Shown here one piece after another: positions 1 through 13,164 of a DNA stretch of 64,000 nt (positions within the stretch are counted from its first letter, which is position 1; each line of letters opens with the position of its first letter). The stretch spans positions 9,362,001-9,426,000 of the forward strand of contig NC_092673.1 in the NCBI RefSeq assembly GCF_964355755.1, read 5' to 3'. Made by a program: the position numbers and the translations under genes. This DNA is from Antedon mediterranea. Lineage: Eukaryota; Animalia; Echinodermata. A model generated the notes under the pieces. That model was given only the letters and a program-made list of their open reading frames with translations. It searched no databases and was not told where the DNA came from.

Positions 1-6
1 TATTAG

Positions 7-198
7 ATTACAGAATGTCAGTTTACACTTTACTTTGATGTGTCAGATGAAGAAATGACAAAAAGATTACTCAAGCGTGGTGAAACAAGTGGTAGGTCTG
101 ATGACAATGAAGAGACCATTAAGAAACGACTAGCAGTATTTCATGAACACACCACATCAGTTATTGGTTATTATGAGGAGAAAAGCAAAATAAAGAAG
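7..198 (+). CDS. AK1: Adenylate kinase (AK1-type, short LID), internal exon
   Basis: Acceptor TAG at 4-6, donor GTAACT at 199, phase 0. Translates ITECQFTLYFDVSDEEMTKRLLKRGETSGRSDDNEETIKKRLAVFHEHTTSVIGYYEEKSKIKK, matching the AK1 LID motif KRGETSGR.DDNEETIKKRL. Upstream exons lie outside the window, so orthology is not certain. Confidence 0.9.
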
Positions 199-248
199 GT
201 AACTAATACTGTGGATTCTCTATTTTACAAACCAAATGAGACCAATGG

Positions 249-1470
249 TCCCATTCCCTACATTTTTTTTAAAGTCACAAACTACATTTTATGTAGCAAT
301 AAATACTATATGGTCCTATTGCGATAACTTTTTTCATCTTTAAATGGTTTTAACCGTTTAAAAATAAGTTGATTCTAATAATTTAAGCAGCCCGCTATAA
401 ATCCCAACATGCATTGTGCACGGATTGATATTCTCGTTTCTGTTCTCGTTCTTCTGTGATTCACCCACTTTTTCGATCGATCACGAAAGCAAAACAAATG
501 GAATAACCATAACTTTGCAGCCAAAATACCCGGTTTTCCCTATAGCTAGCATATGACTTTCGTACATTACCGAGTTTACTAGTCCTATGCCTACAAAATT
601 AAGCCTAGCAAGGCCTAAAGACCGTCCACGGGAGGACATTCAACGCGAGCTATTTAGGTAGTGAATTGTTTCTATATCAACGTACATATTATGACCTGGT
701 TTAATGTTTTTAGTCGCGTGGACGCAACTCTATAGTTCACTATGTCAGTCGGTCTGTCGGTCTGTCTGTCGGTCCGGTATCACTATGCGTTTTATCGCTT
801 TCTGACCTTATCTTGATATAAGTTTAAATCAGTTTAATCTAGCTAAGTCAATTTTTCACAGTATATTCCTTATGGCCAGGAATCGATGTGGTTATGTTTT
901 CACGGTGCGCAATAAAAAGTTACGCGGTCTACGCACGATTTAACGAAATCACGTTTGTAATCATATCTTCACAACCATGAATCACAATTAAATAAAATTT
1001 GGTACTCATAAATTTCAGGGCATAAATCATCATATGGCAATACAATTACGTGCGTAGCGCATGTAACGCAGGCGTACGCGCGCTTAACATTTTCAAAATT
1101 TATTTTCGATGAAATAAGAGTACGTTTCAGGCAATTTTAAGCGTTTACAAAATTGCCATGAGTGCACAGATGTTTGCGCGCGCACTGTGCGTTAAATGTT
1201 ATTGCGCACTCTTTTTGCCCGATTTCTGTTTTCTTGACTTACTTTTCAACTCGAAATTACGTTATACGAGCACGTCAAAAGTGACAGGCTACGCACGTGT
1301 AAATTTAAAAAATATAAATGTTTTTAAACATTTCAACATTTTTAAACATGTTCAGTAATTTCGGTCAGTTGGTAGGTTGGTCGGTCGGTCGGTAAACACT
1401 AATGAGCACACGACTGCAGCCATCTATATGGCCTTGTTTAAGTAATATATATATGCATTATTTTTACAAA
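249..1470 (-). mobile_element. Degenerate copy of TTAA-target (Kolobok-like) non-autonomous element, family A
   Basis: Reverse complement aligns by eye with 41340-41820 and 45634-45740; split by the HINE at 709-1439. Confidence 0.65.
709..1439 (+). mobile_element. HINE/DINE-1-like non-autonomous Helentron, family 1
   Basis: 5' subterminal IR AGTCGCGTG..ACGCAACT, GTCN microsatellite, 3' subTIR CACACGACT, terminal hairpin GCCATCTATATGGC, inserted in a T run; second copy at 25194-26115. Confidence 0.75.
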
Positions 1471-3595
1471 AACTCAACAATTGGTTTTTTAAATTTTAAG
1501 CAAATAGGTTTCAGACACTGTACATAACATACATTTATCTGAATTTTGTATATTCTATATAAAATGTATACAAATTAATTATCTATCAAAAAAATCTGGG
1601 GTAAACTTATGGAGTAAATCAGTAAAAAAAATATGGGTGCAACTTACTCCGAAATGGCTGTTTAAGTTTATTATCTTAATCATTTACTTTTCTTTTCCAT
1701 GTCAGTGACCAATCGTTTTCTATATGTGTGTTTCCCACTTTGTTTTACTCTTGGTTGGTTCTTTACATTTTTTTTAAGGAAATAGAGATGAATGCTTTTA
1801 CAACTCATTTTGCTATGCTGTATTAATATGACCTGGTTAACTTTTACATTATCAATTTTTGAACAAATTATATTTTGCTACTCGGAGACTGCGGCAATTA
1901 ACAAACTCATAGAATAATAAATAAAGACGCATACAACATAAGTTCTGGCTTAAATAGTTTAATTAGTAAATGAACATTCACCCATGTAAAACTGCACATA
2001 AAAGTCATAAGCAAATATAAGTTATATAGCAATAATTTTCCAATTCTAAGTAAGCACAGCAGGGATGCTCAGAGAAAACTAGCCCGTGGCAGGTGCCAAG
2101 GCACCGCCAAGAGCAGCCCAGCAAAGTGCAGGAAAAAAGGAAGAATGTTCACTTACCCGCATGAAACTGAGATAAAAAAAAAAACAACCAGGACTCCCTG
2201 GAAGAGTCTCCAAAGAGACTGATAGGTACAAAAATCACCATTAATACAACGATGCTCCCCATGAAAGTATACGCAGATACTTCATGGCAGTATGTTGAGC
2301 ATCAGCACCTTCCACCCAAGGCTAATCCAAGGGCTCCACTACCGTGCACTGCAATGGGAGCAAAGTTGTACTAACACATCGCCAATAAACAATACTGACA
2401 GAAAAAAACAAAAACGCATGGATGTGAGTTATAATGTAAATGTAGATTTTTATTATGTTGTTGAAAATTCGCAGAAATATAAATTATTCAATGAAATACA
2501 ACAATGCAGCTGGCCACCTCTTGAACATTATGAGGGAAGTCCCTGTAACAGTTTATGACCGCCCATTTTGAGATCTAAAAGTATAATGCTTTTTGATTGG
2601 AGTTTCCGTAACAACCTGATGTGATTGTCAATTAGATTGCCAAGGGCTTTAGGTTGTCAACAAAGCATGTCCCAGGTTAAGATAAGATAAGATATGATAA
2701 GATAAATCTTTATTGTCATGAACACAACAAGGCGAGCATGAAATTGGTTTTCCTTGATGCTTAAAAACACATACAATATATAAAACATTAAAAATATCAA
2801 TACAATACATTAAAAATATATACAGTTGTAAACAAGTAAAACAAACTATCTTTGAAATGTTGAGTTGGAAACATGAATAGAGTTGTGGACGATGTCTAGA
2901 ACAGAATTGGTGAACTTTCAAAAAATGTCTTCGGTTTTTCGGTAGGTTGATCCAATATTTAAATCAAAGACACATGTAAAATAAAAAGATAATGTTTAAA
3001 GTACATATTGTTAAAATATTAAAAAAAGAAAAGAGTAGGCACATGTTTTTCGATTCTCAAGCCACCGTCCATTAGTTCCATTGTCTCGGGCTGAGTGAGG
3101 CTAACCTGTGACTGTCAGTAGCATTTTGGCTTAACGGAGGTATCTTCTATATATTGTATTTAACCAACATTGATTATAATTATGATTAATATATTTGCCA
3201 TTCCTAACGTTCCGAAGAATTAATAATAGGTACTTAATTATTTTGAAGTGTTTTAAAACATATTAGTTAGAAATGCGCAACATCGCTATTATAGTAAATG
3301 GAATCGTCCGTACCATGAAAGTTTTAAATACTTTATGGACAGGTCCACTTATTTTCGAGGAATATTTTTTGATTATTATTGATTGAGGATTATTTATATA
3401 TATATAAATTTGCCATTGGATATATATATATATAAAGTATGAAAGGAATCATATTTTGTAGGTTTTTAGATTTAATTGATTAATTTAAAACTGTTAGTAC
3501 TGCTATAGAAATCTATGTTTGCATTTTCTTCAGTTAATATTTATTTAATGAAAACAGATTATTTTTTAAAACTGAATTTATTGTAATTAATTAAA

Positions 3596-4588
3596 CTAGA
3601 TGGTCGTGTCCACGGATGGTTCTCGAATACACAGTCATTTCAGCGTGAAAAAAAAAACAACGAAAAACTGGCGATTTCAAATGTACGTACCGCAGGATTA
3701 TAGAACATTGTCGTTTACAGAAACGAATAAATAGACACGATGATTTATGTAGTCAACTAAAATTAGCACCATGGTAATTAGACCTACTTCCGAAGAAGGA
3801 GAAACTTTTTTATTTGAACTCATTTAAACAAACCCAATTTGTGTTTTGTATATAACATTAGAGTTGAGGGATAGGGAAGAGGATGGGAATTAAGAACATT
3901 TTTTTAAATATATATCCTTTATCCCTTCAGTAACGAAATATTTTTAAATGTTTTGGCCTATCAATAATACTTATACCACTAGATACAGTAAAACATTTAC
4001 GTTTTAGTACTTCTTTAAAACTGTCCCTGTCGATTAAAATAGTAAAGTACATGTAACGATACACCACTACAAAGTTTATATTGTTTATAATTAATTATTA
4101 CTATAAACGTTGAGAAGCAGCTGTCAGTAATACCGTTTCTTATTTGTATATTATGTGTTTATATATCCAGCAGTAGAGCATACCCACGGTAACAGTAATA
4201 CATGTTCTTTGTATATGTGTTTATATATCTAACAGTAACCACATTCACCGTAAGAAAGTTTCGATTCAAATGGCGACCAAAAATGGTTAATACGTATTTA
4301 CAATAATGTCAAAGTTTTGCAATATGTCAGTTTTAAGTTTATTCTCCAAGGGCTCATAAATTTACCTACTTGTGTTAAACCAACACCCCTATTTGAGGCA
4401 AATAATTGAACCTAAATTCGTTTTAATTGTTAATAACTAATTATCTGACTAAATTTAATTAGTAAACAGGGTTACATCAGGTGGTAAAAACCAGTACCGA
4501 GATTCTAACCAACTTTATCATCGAGTAAACATTCTAGGAATAACGCACGATTTACCGAATTTTTTCCTTACGTAAATGTATATATAGA
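3596..4588 (-). mobile_element. Non-autonomous Helitron (same family as 33069-34508), 3' hairpin deleted
   Basis: Reverse complement starts TCTATATA..TTTACGTAAGG and ends CTAG; colinear with 33069-34508. Confidence 0.7.
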
Positions 4589-4739
4589 TTATTATTGATC
4601 AACAGGTATTTAATCTATACAGTAATGGAAGAAAATATGAAAGAAAATTATCAGAATCAGATTCTTCAATGAACACATGTAATTCCGACAGTTTGAAAAA
4701 GAAAATTGATCGTGCAAATAATGTTTACGTTTCAACATA

Positions 4740-5300
4740 TTTTTATTTATTACATATTTCTATGGTATCAAAAACATATTTTTAATAAACATTTGATTTA
4801 AAATTGTGTATTTATATTATACAATTAACTGGTGAAACAATGGGCATGATGTGATTTATAATTAAAGAGCTATGTTAGATTTTGTGTAATTTTGCGATTA
4901 ACCAACACATTTTTATTTTGTTACACGTTTCCATGATAACAACAAAAACATATTTTTCGTATTTTATTAAAAATTGTGTATTTATGGGCATTATGTGATT
5001 CATAATTAAAGAACTATCTTTGATTTGTATGTATTTTTGCGATAAAATGAAAATTTTTTTTTTTTTTTTTTTTATTACACGTTAACAACATGTTAACAAA
5101 AACATATTTTTTAATAAAGTTTTGATGGAAAATGATGTATTTATATTATACAATTAACTGGTGAAAAAATGTGCATAATGTGATTAATAATTAAAGAGCT
5201 ATTTTAGATTTTTGTGTATTATATTACATTCAAATATTACCTATTTGCATTATGTATTATGATAAAACAATATTTTATGATTTTTTTTTTGCAAAAGTTT
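4740..5300. repeat. Degenerate AT-rich tandem repeat, ~3 copies of ~165-175 bp
   Basis: AAAACATATTTTT..TGTATTTAT..ATAATTAAAGA blocks recur near 4770, 4945 and 5100. Confidence 0.55.
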
Positions 5301-6033
5301 TATAGAAGATGTATTTACATCAATCAATAACAGTTGAAAAAACTAAGTTGGTATAATTTATGGTTGTCTTACGTGCTGTCCATTTGGCCAATATGAACCC
5401 CTATCAGAAATCGATGTAAGAATACAATACAACAAAATGTTAATACCCCAAAACGTAGTGTGTATTGCCGTACGATATAATTATTATAGGTATTATACAT
5501 ATGTACAATGGAGCTAGGCTGAATTCAAAACTTCACTTGACCGAACGTATGGAAAGGTTAAACGTTTGTTTGTTTGTGTAATTACTAGGCATAGTCGTTT
5601 ATAGACGTTAATATAGAAAGTTAGCTTTTATATTTTACTTAGAAGTATAAGTGTGTATATATTTTTAAAAAATATAAATAAAATAATGTATATTATTAAA
5701 ACTAGAATTTAAATCGTCACTTTGACCTAATATACTGTGTATATATAAAGGAAATAAACAGTGTCCCAGTAAAATATATCACACCGTAAGGAAAACTGGA
5801 TACTCGAAGTAATATCTGATACTAAGGTGAAAAATGCTAGTCTGTTATCGCTCGACATACCATACCAATGTGTAATGTGGTTTGCGGTTACTATATGTTA
5901 CTATAGTGCCTGTCTGTTAAAAAATGTTTGTGTCGTTAATATCTTCCTACGAGAGGATTTATGTATGGGCCTTGTAATGTGCGAGTCGTTATCGTTTATG
6001 TATGGGCCTTGTCGTCGACTAAGGCGAAAGTAA

Positions 6034-6830
6034 ATGTGCGAGTCGTAATCGCACGACATATAAAATTCATGTGCGAGTCGTTATCGCATGACATATAAAA
6101 TTCATGTGCGAGTCGTTATCGCACGACATATAAAATTCATGTGCGAGTCGTTATCGCACGACATATAAAATTCATGTGCGAGTCTTTATCGCACGACATA
6201 TAAAATTCATGTGCGAGTCGTTATCGCACGACATATAAACATTCATGTGCGAGTCGTTATCGCACGACATATAAAATTCATGTGTGAGTCGTTATCGCAC
6301 GACATATAAAATTCATGTGCGAGTCGTTATCGCACGACATATAAAATTCATGTGCGAGTCGTTATCGCACGACATAAAATTCATGTGCGAGTCTTTATCG
6401 CACGACATAAAAAATTCATGTGCGAGTCATTATCGCACGACATATAAACATTCATGTGCGAGTCGTTATCGCACGACATATAAAATTCATGTGCGAGTCG
6501 TTATCGCACGACATATAAAATTCATGTGCGAGTCGTTATCGCACGACATATAAAAATTCATGTGCGAGTCGTTATCGCACGACATATAAAATTCATGTGC
6601 GAGTCGTTATCGCACGACATATAAAATTCATGTGCGAGTCGTTATCGCACGACATATCATGTGCGAGTCTTATCGCACGACATATAAAATTCATGTGCGA
6701 GTCGTTATCGCACGACATATAAAATTCATGTGCGAGTCGTTATCGCACGACATATAAAATTTCATGTGCGAGTCGTTATCGCACGACATAAAATTCATGT
6801 GCGAGTCGTTCATCGCACGACATATTATAA
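6034..6830. repeat. Minisatellite, 35-bp unit ATGTGCGAGTCGTTATCGCACGACATATAAAATTC, ~22-23 copies
   Basis: Unit starts at 6034, 6069, 6104 and so on; embedded in a longer ~175-bp repeat (5930-6060, 6855-6990, 7013-7140). Confidence 0.95.
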
Positions 6831-7905
6831 AAGTATATGTGCAGGTAATGTCTGTGTCGTTAATATCTTCCTACAAGAGGATTTATGTATGGGCCTTGTC
6901 TTCGACTAAGGCGAAAGTAAATGTGGGAGTCGTTATCACACGACATATAAAATTCATGTGCGAGTCGTTCATCGCACGACATATTATAAAAATATATGTG
7001 CAGGTAATGTCTGTCGTTAATATCTTCCTACAAGAGGATTTATATATGGGCCTTGTCTTCGGCTAAGGCGAAAGTAAATGTGCGAGTTGTTATCGCACGA
7101 CATATAAAATTCGTGTCCGAGTCGTTAATCGCACGACATACAGGGATTACAGTATAATATAGAGTATAATATGTGCGGGTAATGTTTGTGTCGTTAACAT
7201 TTTCCTACGAGAGGACAACATATAAAAGTATACAGAAATATATATATATATATATATATATATACGTATAAAGTCGGAAAAAACATGTGTTAAATCACAA
7301 TGGCGGCCGAACAGTTGGCCCTCGTGTAAACTGGAATCACACCAGTAGCCTGGACACACCTTAAAACACACTCACGTTACCACACATACAGTACATAGGT
7401 AGACTTTCCATAACGGAAAGGGCTGTAGTATTTGTAGTCGTGGAAGTATAAGTTGCATCGCATAAGGTGCCGAATTGTTAGAAAACTTACTTGTAAAAAT
7501 GTTGTCGTGTTAGGATGGAAATCGGTGATGGAAAATCAGGAAAATTGTCTTCAACTTAATGTGATCGTGTTAACAGAGAGGATGCTTGATCAAAGAGGTC
7601 GAAAACCCGCCCTCTCCGTTCTCAAAATAGAATTGTGTTTCCACCCCAATTCTTGATTCTTTCCATTCTCATGGTATTGCTTCTAGTAAGCATGACAATT
7701 CAGCAATCCAAGTTAATTTGATATTTAATAATGGTAATTCATTTTTATTAATAAATCTGTCATCAATTATGTTTCATCTTTGTACTAGATCTAATACAAT
7801 TCCTATAAAGGAGTGATAAACCATTGTGTGTTATCATGTTGTTGCCCCATATAGGGCATCAAAAATGATGTGTAATGTTTGATATTTTTTATCATCATGC
7901 ATTAG

Positions 7906-8631
7906 GTTTCTGCTTGTGGAGGAACAGTAGATGACATTTTCACTGATGTTGTCAAAATTATAGAGGATCACGGCTTTTTACCCTCAAGTGCAGAACAACG
8001 AGCAGAAAATAAACAATGTGAGGAACAAAACCAAACAGAAACTAAGAATGAGAAAAGTCAGGAAGTAAGGATTATTAAGAAAACAGAAGAGATTGAAATA
8101 AAGAATAAAAATAACTCCACAGTACCAGGAAAAAATGTTGAGTCAGCAGAAAATTCTACAGCTGTGGAGAAAGCAGAGGAGTCTACTTCAGAAGAACCTG
8201 ATATATCTGGAAATAAAGACGAATTTTCATCTGAAAAGAAGGAAGAAGAATTTGAACCAGGAAATAAGGAAGAAGAAGCTGTATCTGAAAAGAAGGAAAG
8301 AGAATCTACTTCTGAAAAAAAAGTAGAAGTACCTACTTGTGACAAGAAGGAAGAAGAACCTGCATATGGAGAGAAGGAAGAAGAATTTTTATCGAACAAG
8401 AATACATTTATATTTGAAAAGAATGAAGAAGAATCAGAACATGAAAATAAGGAAGTCACATCTGAAGAGAAGGAAGAAGTCACATCTGAGCGGAAAGAAA
8501 AAGAAGCTGCATCTGAAGAGAAAAAGGGATCTACATCTGAAAAAAAGGAAGAAGAATCTACATCTGAAAAGACGGAGGAAGATTCACCTTCTCAAAAGAA
8601 AGTAGAGGAAAATACAGGAGAGGCAGTATAG
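7906..8631 (+). CDS. AK1: Adenylate kinase terminal exon: kinase C-terminal strand/helix plus ~220-aa Glu/Lys-rich tail
   Basis: Acceptor ATTAG ends at 7905. The phase-0 frame reads VSACGGTVDDIFTDVVKIIED (typical AK C-terminus), stays open into ORF 8164..8631 and ends at TAG; AATAAA at 8803-8808. Confidence 0.8.
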   Translation, partial: VSACGGTVDDIFTDVVKIIEDHGFLPSSAEQRAENKQCEEQNQTETKNEKSQEVRIIKKTEEIEIKNKNNSTVPGKNVESAENSTAVEKAEESTSEEPDISGNKDEFSSEKKEEEFEPGNKEEEAVSEKKERESTSEKKVEVPTCDKKEEEPAYGEKEEEFLSNKNTFIFEKNEEESEHENKEVTSEEKEEVTSERKEKEAASEEKKGSTSEKKEEESTSEKTEEDSPSQKKVEENTGEAV

Positions 8632-8802
8632 GAAGCAGCATTATAACTTTGTTTTGTTTTTGATTAATTTGTACCACTTAGTTTTGTTATTTTTGTATTT
8701 TATAATAATGATGGAATAAGAGCAGTTTTCTGTTTGGGCTTATGCATATTACTTACTCCTGGCAAGATGAATTGTAAAACCTACTTTTAAGAACTTTTGC
8801 CG

Positions 8803-8808
8803 AATAAA
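8803..8808 (+). promoter_or_regulatory. Candidate polyadenylation signal of the AK gene
   Basis: AATAAA ~170 bp after the stop codon; common in AT-rich DNA, so tentative. Confidence 0.4.
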
Positions 8809-8894
8809 TATTATTATTATGATTATTAAAAGCGCAGGAATTAGAACATCCATGATCGATTAAACAAAAATCTTTTGAAAACTGAAGAAACATA

Positions 8895-10413
8895 TTATTA
8901 AGTGATTATTTAGAATAAAATGATCACCTATTGTTATTGTATGAAATCTTTATTATTATTATTTATTTCTTTCTGTACAGATTTTGTGTGTCAATTATCT
9001 CAAAAAGTTAAATGTCAATAATCACAACAATTTCAGAATATCTATATAAATATAATTTAGTTTAGTCCTAGTTAGCTTTTCAGCGTGATCACTCATCCGT
9101 GACATCATTTGTACGCCATTTTGTAAAATCACATCAATTGTATCTCCATAATTCATTATCACATATTAATGAAATCACTACACATAAACGTCAGGCCAAG
9201 GGTAAAAATATTAGCAAATAAAACGCGTAAAATCGCGCTTTAAAAATTTTAAAAGCCCAAAATTCAGTTTTTGATCGATTTAGAGCATGAATTAGGTAAT
9301 TTGCATGTTCCAGAAAAATTACTGCGCAAAAACACGTTTTTGCGCGCGCGATTCTTATAAAACGTAAACAAATTTTTTTTTGTACAAATCACATTTAACT
9401 CACCATCCTTTGTACATTCACTGAATTTGAGTCCATTCCGACTTAAAATAGTGCTATACGAGCACGTTAAATATGGCAAAATGCGTAAATTAATTGCAAA
9501 AAAATGGTAAAAAAATAAGGCATTTTTAAAATCAAAATAACTCTTCAGAAGTTTCGTCGACCCCCAATTTTTTTAACTTATTCGGGAAGCCATTGAATGT
9601 AGATATGACTTCATGTACACATTTGACGTACAAAATGTTGTGTTGTCATCAAATGGCCACTTGAATTTAAAAACTAGGAATTTTTATCTTTTTGTGTAGG
9701 TTATCACATTCAATAGAGTGCATCTCCGTTATTTGAGCCCAATTTTCGCTCAAATTTCAGTATGTGCTTGCTAAATTAATTATCTTTATCCATTTTCATT
9801 ATGATGATGTCATCATGCGTAAAAACTTGAATAACGTGGGTCGAGTAATTTTACCTTCAGCGTATATTTGAATATCTGTTATCACAGCTCTTTAGAATTA
9901 AAGGTGACCTGGATGATTTTAATTCATTGTGACAGCTGATGAAATTTAGATATGAATTCACATAAAAATTAAGCCTATCGGATGTTGTGACGTTATGATT
10001 TGATGATTTTTTCATCTCTTTCGTCACAATTATAACAATTTTAAAGAGCGCGCATTGCGCATCCAAGTGCCAAATTTTCTTCCAATTCTTCCTTATATTT
10101 TTTTGCTCCATTTATATCTTTGGAAATTGTCATCTTCAAGTTTATTTTGATAATGTCATCATATCAAAAAATTTGAACATGATGTGGGTCCCATAATTTC
10201 ACCTATGCTACACTGTATATGGATATACAGTATACTGTACTATTATATATGACACATAATAGGTACAACTCAGCAATATAAGCATATGCATCATGTCATA
10301 GGATGGCGTTCATCAACTTTTTACGATGGTATGTTAAAGTATATGCATGTTTAAAAAAATTTAATTTCATTAGAATTATAAAAATGATCAAAGTGACGAA
10401 TTAAATTCTAGTT
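8895..10413 (+). mobile_element. HINE/DINE-like element, family 2
   Basis: 5' IR AAGTGATTATT..AATGATCACCT, 3' end GTGACGAATTAAATTCTAGTT; the same 3' end occurs inverted at 5700-5727; internal similarity to HINE family 1. Confidence 0.5.
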
Positions 10414-10999
10414 TATTTTTATCATTGTATTGATAAGTAGCCTGAATCCTGCATTTGATGCTTTATCTTCTCCTCATCATCTCCTTTTTCTAAAGTTTAA
10501 ATCCAAAATGTTATGAATTAGTATTGGGATTGATTCAGTGCATAAGTTACTGTTACTGTGCTCTTAAATTTGCAAGTAGCCTATTCATAATGTAAATTAA
10601 GCTTAACATTCATAACACTTCACTAAGTGCAGCTTTAATTGTATCAAAGTAGAATAATGGATTAATGCCCATTTCTTTCAAGTTGTAAAACTACTGAATT
10701 TCAAATTTATTTTGTAATAATAAAATCAATTGTTTCTAGACTGACAAACATAAAGCTGGAAATTTGCAAAACATAGAAGTAACAAACTTACAAAGGTATT
10801 TTAAAAATGTACTTTACTTATAGGATTTTCCCAAACTGTCCAAATTTTCATTTTGCGTTAGTTTGCATCACAGTTAGAAGAATATGTCACTTATTTTCAC
10901 AGAAATATTCTTACTTAATTTAGACTGGCAAAAATACTAATACAAGAAATACATGTCTTTTAATTTCTGAAACATTTTTGTAGCAATTTGAATAGGGTA

Positions 11000-13164
11000 T
11001 TCTGTAATTATATATATAATGTTATTATTATATATTATTTTATAATATACAATACTCATAATGTACGAAGTGTAAATATATAGTGGTATGGTTTCTTCAT
11101 TTACATTTCTTTTTCATGAAGCATATTTTTCCATTTGGTTTGATGTTTGTTTTTTAATTTAGAAACATGCATGCTTTGTCAAATACTGCTGTAGTTATAA
11201 TAATATTATAAAGTTTTAATAATGTTAATTTATTTGTGGTGTTGTATTTGTATTCCTTTTGCCTTCTAGATCTAGAGTGTTACTTCTTGCTTTAAATTTC
11301 AAAACTTACAATATCAAAATTAACCATATCATAGGTTTATGCTTATATTTTAAGTAGTCGGACAAAGTTGACTTGCTTTTTGCTCGTTCAAACCATTGCT
11401 TTGCATTTTCTCTAGAGAGCAAACATATTTAAAATGTTTGAGCCACGTCTAACTCTCCGGGTTTAAATTAAATTTAGAATCTAAGTCAAAATTATATAGT
11501 AATTCCTTGATATGGTTAATTCACTTCCATTTAATGTTACCTTGAACCTCAATTAATTACCTACATAGATGTGTTTGCCATCTCTGATCATCCATATTTT
11601 TAAGTCTATTAAAGTAAGACAATCTAAACTTATTTTGTATATAATAAATTGTTCCCAACCTAAATCCCCAAGTAATGCCTCTTTGGCAACATTTCTTTGT
11701 GCCTTAAAAATATTTCTTGCCTTTAAATGTTTTCTAATTTGTCTAAAGAGCTTACAGAGTACATAACCATATTGAAGAGGCATAGTTAATGGTGGGTAGC
11801 CCTATTATTCTCCATAAGAGATGGCCATAGTAAACCCTATTGACATCTTTCTGGTTGTTAATAATAGAGGTAATATAAGCAATTATCCTATTTCCCTTTT
11901 TAATTACTTCATTAAAGATGTATTGTCCCTTTGACTAATTAAAAAAAAAAAAAATAAAAGATTTCGAAAAAAGGTGGGTCATTTTGAAGTATCACAATAG
12001 TTATTAACTATCACCAAAAAATTTTCGAAAAAAAAAAAATTTAACTGAAATACAGACGTTTTTTTGTGAAAAAAATAACTTTGACTTCCAGTCAAAGTTT
12101 TCAATCAAAACATATCCCATAATGAAACGCACTTGTTTGGCTACTCTGTATGTATAATCATAAAACTTCCTCATGATCTGTGTGAAAATACCTTCTTAAC
12201 CGTGACGAGTTGTAAACAATCCTAATTTAGCATATGCATAATGCGTACTCATAGTTTGAAATCTTTGTTTACTTTCGCTCGTGACGATTTTCCAGATGAA
12301 ATGTAATTAAACTAATTTACCTGTTAATTACGTAAACTTGTTGTTTTTGGCTCGAATTTTCGACTTAATATTACTTTGATATGGCCACTTTAAATTTAGA
12401 ATATTTTGACCTTCATTTTTTTTGTGTTTCAAGGGACAATACATCTTTAACATTATGTGAATCAGCATATGACCTAGAGATTATAACACCAAGATATTTA
12501 TAGGATTCTTTTTCCGTAATATAATGTTTACTAAGATTCCATGTTCTATGTGGATTATTAACTTTTTGTCCTGTAATTAATACATTTGATTTTTAAGTTA
12601 AATTCTAGCCTCCGTTTTTGTGAATACTCACTAGCTACTTTAACCAATTAAAAAAACATCGTTGGCAAAAAGTAAAGTGCCAATTTGTATGTTAAAAATA
12701 TAAACACCTTGTTTATTACTTTTTTTAATTCATTTAATTAATGTAAATTGAAAAAAGAACTGGTGATAATGAACAGCCTTGTTTCACCCCTCATTAATAT
12801 TAAACATAATTATCTGATTCTATGTCATTAAATAAAACTTTACATTTAACATCAGAATACATATTTGTTATAACATTAAGTATTTTTCACTAATACCAAT
12901 TTTTTTGGCAGCATTAATTAAACATAGTCGCCAAACGGAATCAAAGGCTTTTTTAAAGTCCAAAAAGTCCAGAAATGTTCTTTTACCTTCAGCACGTCTT
13001 ATGGCTATGATACTTTTAAGAGTAAAAATATGATCTTTACATCTCCCGTCTGTTCTAATACCACCCTGGACTTCTCCAAGAATATTACTATCTTCTAAAA
13101 ATTGAGAGATATTGTGTGCAAGAATACTATTAAAGACTGTGGCTACACATGAGTTAAGTGTGAT
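11000..13164 (-). mobile_element. Decayed non-LTR retrotransposon (RT to 3' region), clade unassigned; host of the Gmr1-like element
   Basis: ORF 12868..13170 has RT motifs (QGG.R, DHIFTL, LDFKKAFDSV); ORF 11553..11783 has LGDLGW; the frame joins 27441-27487 (FKKGDRHDLNNYRG|ITLNSC). Left boundary approximate. Confidence 0.8.
11916..12446. mobile_element. Kolobok-type MITE (TTAA TSD), family C
   Basis: TIR AGATGTATTGTCCCTT / AAGGGACAATACATCT, TTAA at 11912-11915 and 12447-12450; near-identical copy at 49853-50343. Confidence 0.85.

Noticed and set aside
199-327. C-terminal part of ORF 40..327
   Set aside because: Read-through past the GT donor at 199 into intron and repeat sequence.
1860-2940. 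Possible LINE 3' remnants, including a (TAAGA)n tail at ~2678-2705
   Set aside because: No recognisable protein motif or boundaries.
6034-6830. CRISPR-like array (35-bp partly palindromic repeats)
   Set aside because: Repeats are head-to-tail with no unique spacers, there are no cas genes, and the context is a eukaryotic intron.
8058-8605. Ser/Phe-rich antisense ORF and Lys/Arg-rich alternative-frame ORFs
   Set aside because: Shadows of the purine-rich repeats of the AK terminal exon.
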